In this document: piece by piece, positions 37,187-40,419 of the stretch
How positions within the stretch are numbered: position 1 is the stretch's first letter
How the letters are laid out: every line of letters starts with the position of its first letter
IMG/VR virus record: IMGVR_UViG_3300005077_000041
Span: 1-40,419 of that record
Reading direction: 5' to 3' (one strand)
Length of the DNA: 40,419 nucleotides
DNA from: a virus
Lineage: Duplodnaviria; Caudoviricetes
Made by a program: the position numbers and the translations under genes
The notes under the pieces: model-generated
The model's database searches: none
Told to the model about the DNA's origin: nothing
The model's input: the letters and a program-made list of their open reading frames with translations, nothing else

Positions 37187-39070
37187 TTATTCATACCGAC
37201 TAATCATACGACTATACGGTAAAGTTGTTGTACCTTCAAGCACAAAAGCAAAGTTAGCAGATCCTTGATTTGTTCCCATACGTATTTCATTATACTCCCA
37301 TTCACCTTCTTCATTGATACCATTTAAAAGATGTGACACAAAAATATAATAACCCTTAGTGCTGGAATCAACTTTTGCACGAAATGCAACTGCTATTTCT
37401 TTATTTTTCACTAATTCATTAGTTTTCTGTGAAACAAAATCTTTTGATGTACCATAATATTCATATGTATCTTTATCATTTTCATTATCAGCACCATAAA
37501 CTTTGTACAAAGGTAAACTTGTTTTACCAAAATAAATTTCTCGTTGAATATCTATCAATGAATTTATCATTTGTTTAGAATTTTTAGCATGATTGATAAT
37601 CATTTTATCATAAATAATCACAGCTGTGAAGTTAGCAAAAAGTTTTAATATTGCTTCTAATGATAATGATTTATTTATTTTTTCCACATAATCATTTATA
37701 CGAATTAATATTGTTGTTACTGAATTAGCATTCTTAGAAAAATTTTCTAAACGTGTTTTTACTGATTGTGCAAGTTTATTTTGTTGTTGTAAAGTTAAAC
37801 CTTTTAAACGATCAGTAAGAGTTTCACTTTTTTCCAATATAAGTTGATTATTTTCAATAAGCAAGTTACCATTTTCATCATGTTTAAAACATTCAGTAAA
37901 ATAACCACTTGGAACTTCAAGTTCTTTTTCTAAAAATTTAAAATCTTTAGATTGTTGTGAAGCAATCAAATTATTCATTTTTTGTACAGTATCTATAACC
38001 ATACTCATTATTTTAGACACAATAATTTTCATAGTTTGAAAAACTTTTGCACCAACATTTTGTAGTGCTTGAAGAATATCACCCATCACACCTTCATTAA
38101 AAAAAGTATAATTATACTGTTCATTTAATGAAATGTTTAGTAAATCAACAAAACGTGGAATATCATATTTTTGTTGTATTGATGATAAAAACTTACCTAA
38201 TTGTGCTTTACCTTTACCTTTTTTTAATGACATCTGTACAAATTGAATTTTAGTACCCTTTATTGTACAAATACCTTTATCATTAAAATCAATTTTGTTA
38301 TTTTTCATTGCATCAATTAACTGTGCAGCTGGTACATTAGTTAAAATTGCATCTGCAGTATTTTCTTTTACACCCCGTGATGTTAAAAATGGATTCTGTT
38401 CTTCCGCATTATAATAATTAACAATATTTTTATGTACAATATGATTCATGTGAGGTGCAATTTTTGACTTAAAAATTGTTGTTCCTGCAGCTAATAAGGC
38501 AATTTGAATAAAATCGCCTAAACTAATATTATCAATATGTTTTAATATCATTGATGAACCTTGTGGATTCCAATCAGTGCTAATAGCAAGTGCACGGTTA
38601 ACTTCAGTTTTCCAAAATGTAATGTTTTTTTCAGATGAAATATCTTTTAACATTGCCACTCCATCTAAAAAAATACCTAAACATTGGGCAGTTTCTAAAG
38701 TAGGAATGTTGTGCCAATTTATACCACCTTCATCTTTTACATGATTAAATTTCGTACTAATATTTGCATTTGAACCAGTGATGTAAAATATGCGTTTTGT
38801 TTTTTCATGCTGTAAATAAACTTCTGCTCCAGAACCACCAAACGATACCATCTCTACATTTTTATTTGTAGGGGCCACTTTAATAAAAATTCCATTTTCA
38901 ATTGATGGATTAATTTTTTTATTAAATGTATCAACAGCAGATGATTTTAAAACAACTTTATGTCCGAAAGGATATTTTGGTTCATAAATACTGGCTTCAT
39001 TAATTTGTTCAGCAACATTTAACCAAAATTCTTTTTGTTGTTTATTGAGATAAGAATAAAAACGACCCAT
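37187..39070 (-). CDS. Large hypothetical protein, putative head-internal; possible PD-(D/E)xK-like domain
   Basis: MGRFYSYL...INE|AS N-terminus, internal LNE/FNE/ILE sites, KENTADAIL...VQMSLKK motif; GGGAG RBS. Confidence 0.6.
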   Translation of the reverse strand: MGRFYSYLNKQQKEFWLNVAEQINEASIYEPKYPFGHKVVLKSSAVDTFNKKINPSIENGIFIKVAPTNKNVEMVSFGGSGAEVYLQHEKTKRIFYITGSNANISTKFNHVKDEGGINWHNIPTLETAQCLGIFLDGVAMLKDISSEKNITFWKTEVNRALAISTDWNPQGSSMILKHIDNISLGDFIQIALLAAGTTIFKSKIAPHMNHIVHKNIVNYYNAEEQNPFLTSRGVKENTADAILTNVPAAQLIDAMKNNKIDFNDKGICTIKGTKIQFVQMSLKKGKGKAQLGKFLSSIQQKYDIPRFVDLLNISLNEQYNYTFFNEGVMGDILQALQNVGAKVFQTMKIIVSKIMSMVIDTVQKMNNLIASQQSKDFKFLEKELEVPSGYFTECFKHDENGNLLIENNQLILEKSETLTDRLKGLTLQQQNKLAQSVKTRLENFSKNANSVTTILIRINDYVEKINKSLSLEAILKLFANFTAVIIYDKMIINHAKNSKQMINSLIDIQREIYFGKTSLPLYKVYGADNENDKDTYEYYGTSKDFVSQKTNELVKNKEIAVAFRAKVDSSTKGYYIFVSHLLNGINEEGEWEYNEIRMGTNQGSANFAFVLEGTTTLPYSRMISRYE

Positions 39071-39114
39071 ATTTTTTCTCCCATGTAATGTGTTTTAAAT
39101 AGGTTTTGTTATTT

Positions 39115-40419
39115 TTACACGTGTTTTAAATTATTTATCTTTTGAAGATCTAACCTCTTGTTAAAATATTCAAAACCTTGTTCTTTATAAAACTTAATAC
39201 GTTGTTCAAAATGTTTCAGTACGTGATTTTTATGCAATCCATCACGTGGTCCTTTCCATGAAAAATCATCAATAATATCCCATAAAATAAGATGGTCTTT
39301 TGATTTATGAATTCTTAATCCACGACCTATACTCTGCAACACCTTTATTTTACTTTTATAACTTGAAGCTAAAATAATATGATGAAGATTTTTGATATTT
39401 ATACCAGTTGACATGGTTGCATAGGTACCTATAATGATTGTATTTCCTCTGTGCTCCATACTATTACGAATTTCTTCACGTTCTTTTGCTTTTATATCTT
39501 TAAAAATTGTAAATAGATCATAATTTGGGAAATGTTGTCTAATATACTCTTCAATTTTTGTAATGTGTTTAATGCGTTGACAAAGAATTAATGTATTTTC
39601 ACCATCTTCCAACGAGTTTAAAATAAAATTAAATACATTATTTCGTAAAGCACATTCTACAATAAAACGTGTTTCATGAGAATATGATGCATCCTGTAAT
39701 TCTGTCACTATATTTGATGGATATTTAAGTATAATATTACCTATTGTAATTTGTGATAATATTCCTTTATCCATTAATTTTTTTGTACCAATGTCAAATA
39801 TCTTAGGGCCAAGATAACCAAAAATATTATATTGATCTGCTTTAACTGTAGGTAGAGTACCAGTAAACCCTATACGATATTCAGCATTGATACACATTTT
39901 TGCAATTTGATTTACAGAGTGGGCTTTTGCAATATGACACTCATCAATCATCAAAGCTCCAAACATCCAAAAGAAACTTGGTTTACGTTTATGAACACTT
40001 TGCCAAGTTGAAATAAGCACAGGTTTCTCTAAATTGATATCCTTTCCAGCATAAAGGATTCCTACATATTTATCAATATCAATCCAACCATACTCACGAA
40101 AGTCTGAGAACATCTGTTCAACCAACGAAACATTAGGTACAATGAGTAAAATTGAATTATTTTTTTTGTAGGTACTTTGAGCCACCAATATGAGTCGAAT
40201 GAGTGTGTAAATGATAAGACTCTTTCCACTACCTGTAGGTGAAATTATTGCACCACGTTTGTGTGTAAAAGCACTCATAATTGCTTCATGTTGATAATCA
40301 CGTGGTTCAAATTTTGAACCCTCAAATATTTTTTTATAGGCATTTTTAATTTCATCTTCATTAATTTTATTGAAAAGACTGTCTATATCAAAATTTAATT
40401 CACAATTATAATTATATTT
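39115..40419 (-). CDS. uvsW: UvsW-like SF2 helicase (5' end outside the window)
   Basis: Frame is open to base 40419 and includes the Q-motif PRDYQ upstream of the track's Met; SPTGSGKS, ISTWQS, DECH, GFTGT, STGINI.NLH, LQSIGRGLR, WDIIDD. Confidence 0.93.
   Translation of the reverse strand, partial: KYNYNCELNFDIDSLFNKINEDEIKNAYKKIFEGSKFEPRDYQHEAIMSAFTHKRGAIISPTGSGKSLIIYTLIRLILVAQSTYKKNNSILLIVPNVSLVEQMFSDFREYGWIDIDKYVGILYAGKDINLEKPVLISTWQSVHKRKPSFFWMFGALMIDECHIAKAHSVNQIAKMCINAEYRIGFTGTLPTVKADQYNIFGYLGPKIFDIGTKKLMDKGILSQITIGNIILKYPSNIVTELQDASYSHETRFIVECALRNNVFNFILNSLEDGENTLILCQRIKHITKIEEYIRQHFPNYDLFTIFKDIKAKEREEIRNSMEHRGNTIIIGTYATMSTGINIKNLHHIILASSYKSKIKVLQSIGRGLRIHKSKDHLILWDIIDDFSWKGPRDGLHKNHVLKHFEQRIKFYKEQGFEYFNKRLDLQKINNLKHV

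Noticed and set aside
7887-37268. All plus-strand ORFs in the track (e.g. 8428..8718, 17012..17341, 29868..30386)
   Set aside because: Antisense to well-supported minus-strand genes, with no recognisable motifs or SD sites.
14853-39403. Intragenic TATAAATA matches (14853, 25992, 30613, 39396)
   Set aside because: Expected by chance in AT-rich DNA and far from start codons; cannot be supported without transcript data.
1-40419. Stop-codon reassignment (alternative genetic code)
   Set aside because: Core genes are full length under code 11, and TAA, TGA and TAG all end genes (TAG at 22730).

Overview
AT-rich segment of a large T4-like (T4 superfamily) myovirus genome. All supported genes are on the minus strand and form the late virion-morphogenesis module. 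In transcription order: UvsW helicase (runs off the window end), a putative capsid-internal protein, a membrane protein, long fibre/adhesin genes, two gp14-like neck genes, a Zn-finger/DUF559-type endonuclease, a ligase-fold protein, gp2, the head block (gp20-gp67-like-gp21-gp22-gp23), gp13, gp15, gp16, a fractured gp17 terminase, an Acb1-like 2H phosphoesterase, gp18, a decayed endonuclease, gp19 plus two tube-like paralogues, gp26/gp51-like genes and the start of a tape-measure-like gene. TATAAATA late-promoter boxes recur upstream of genes. Main observations: (1) the large terminase needs both cis-splicing (Gln-terminated LAGLIDADG intein) and trans-splicing (atypically split 33+117 aa intein interrupted by an HNH gene); (2) two related three-way-junction RNA leaders precede free-standing endonuclease genes, with loops complementary to the RBS region; (3) several enzymes carry capsid-targeting-like N-termini, suggesting packaged and injected cargo; (4) exterior virion proteins show a strong excess of Ser-Ala dipeptides; (5) there are two candidate frameshift sites. 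All family assignments come from reading motifs and synteny by eye; no database search was run.
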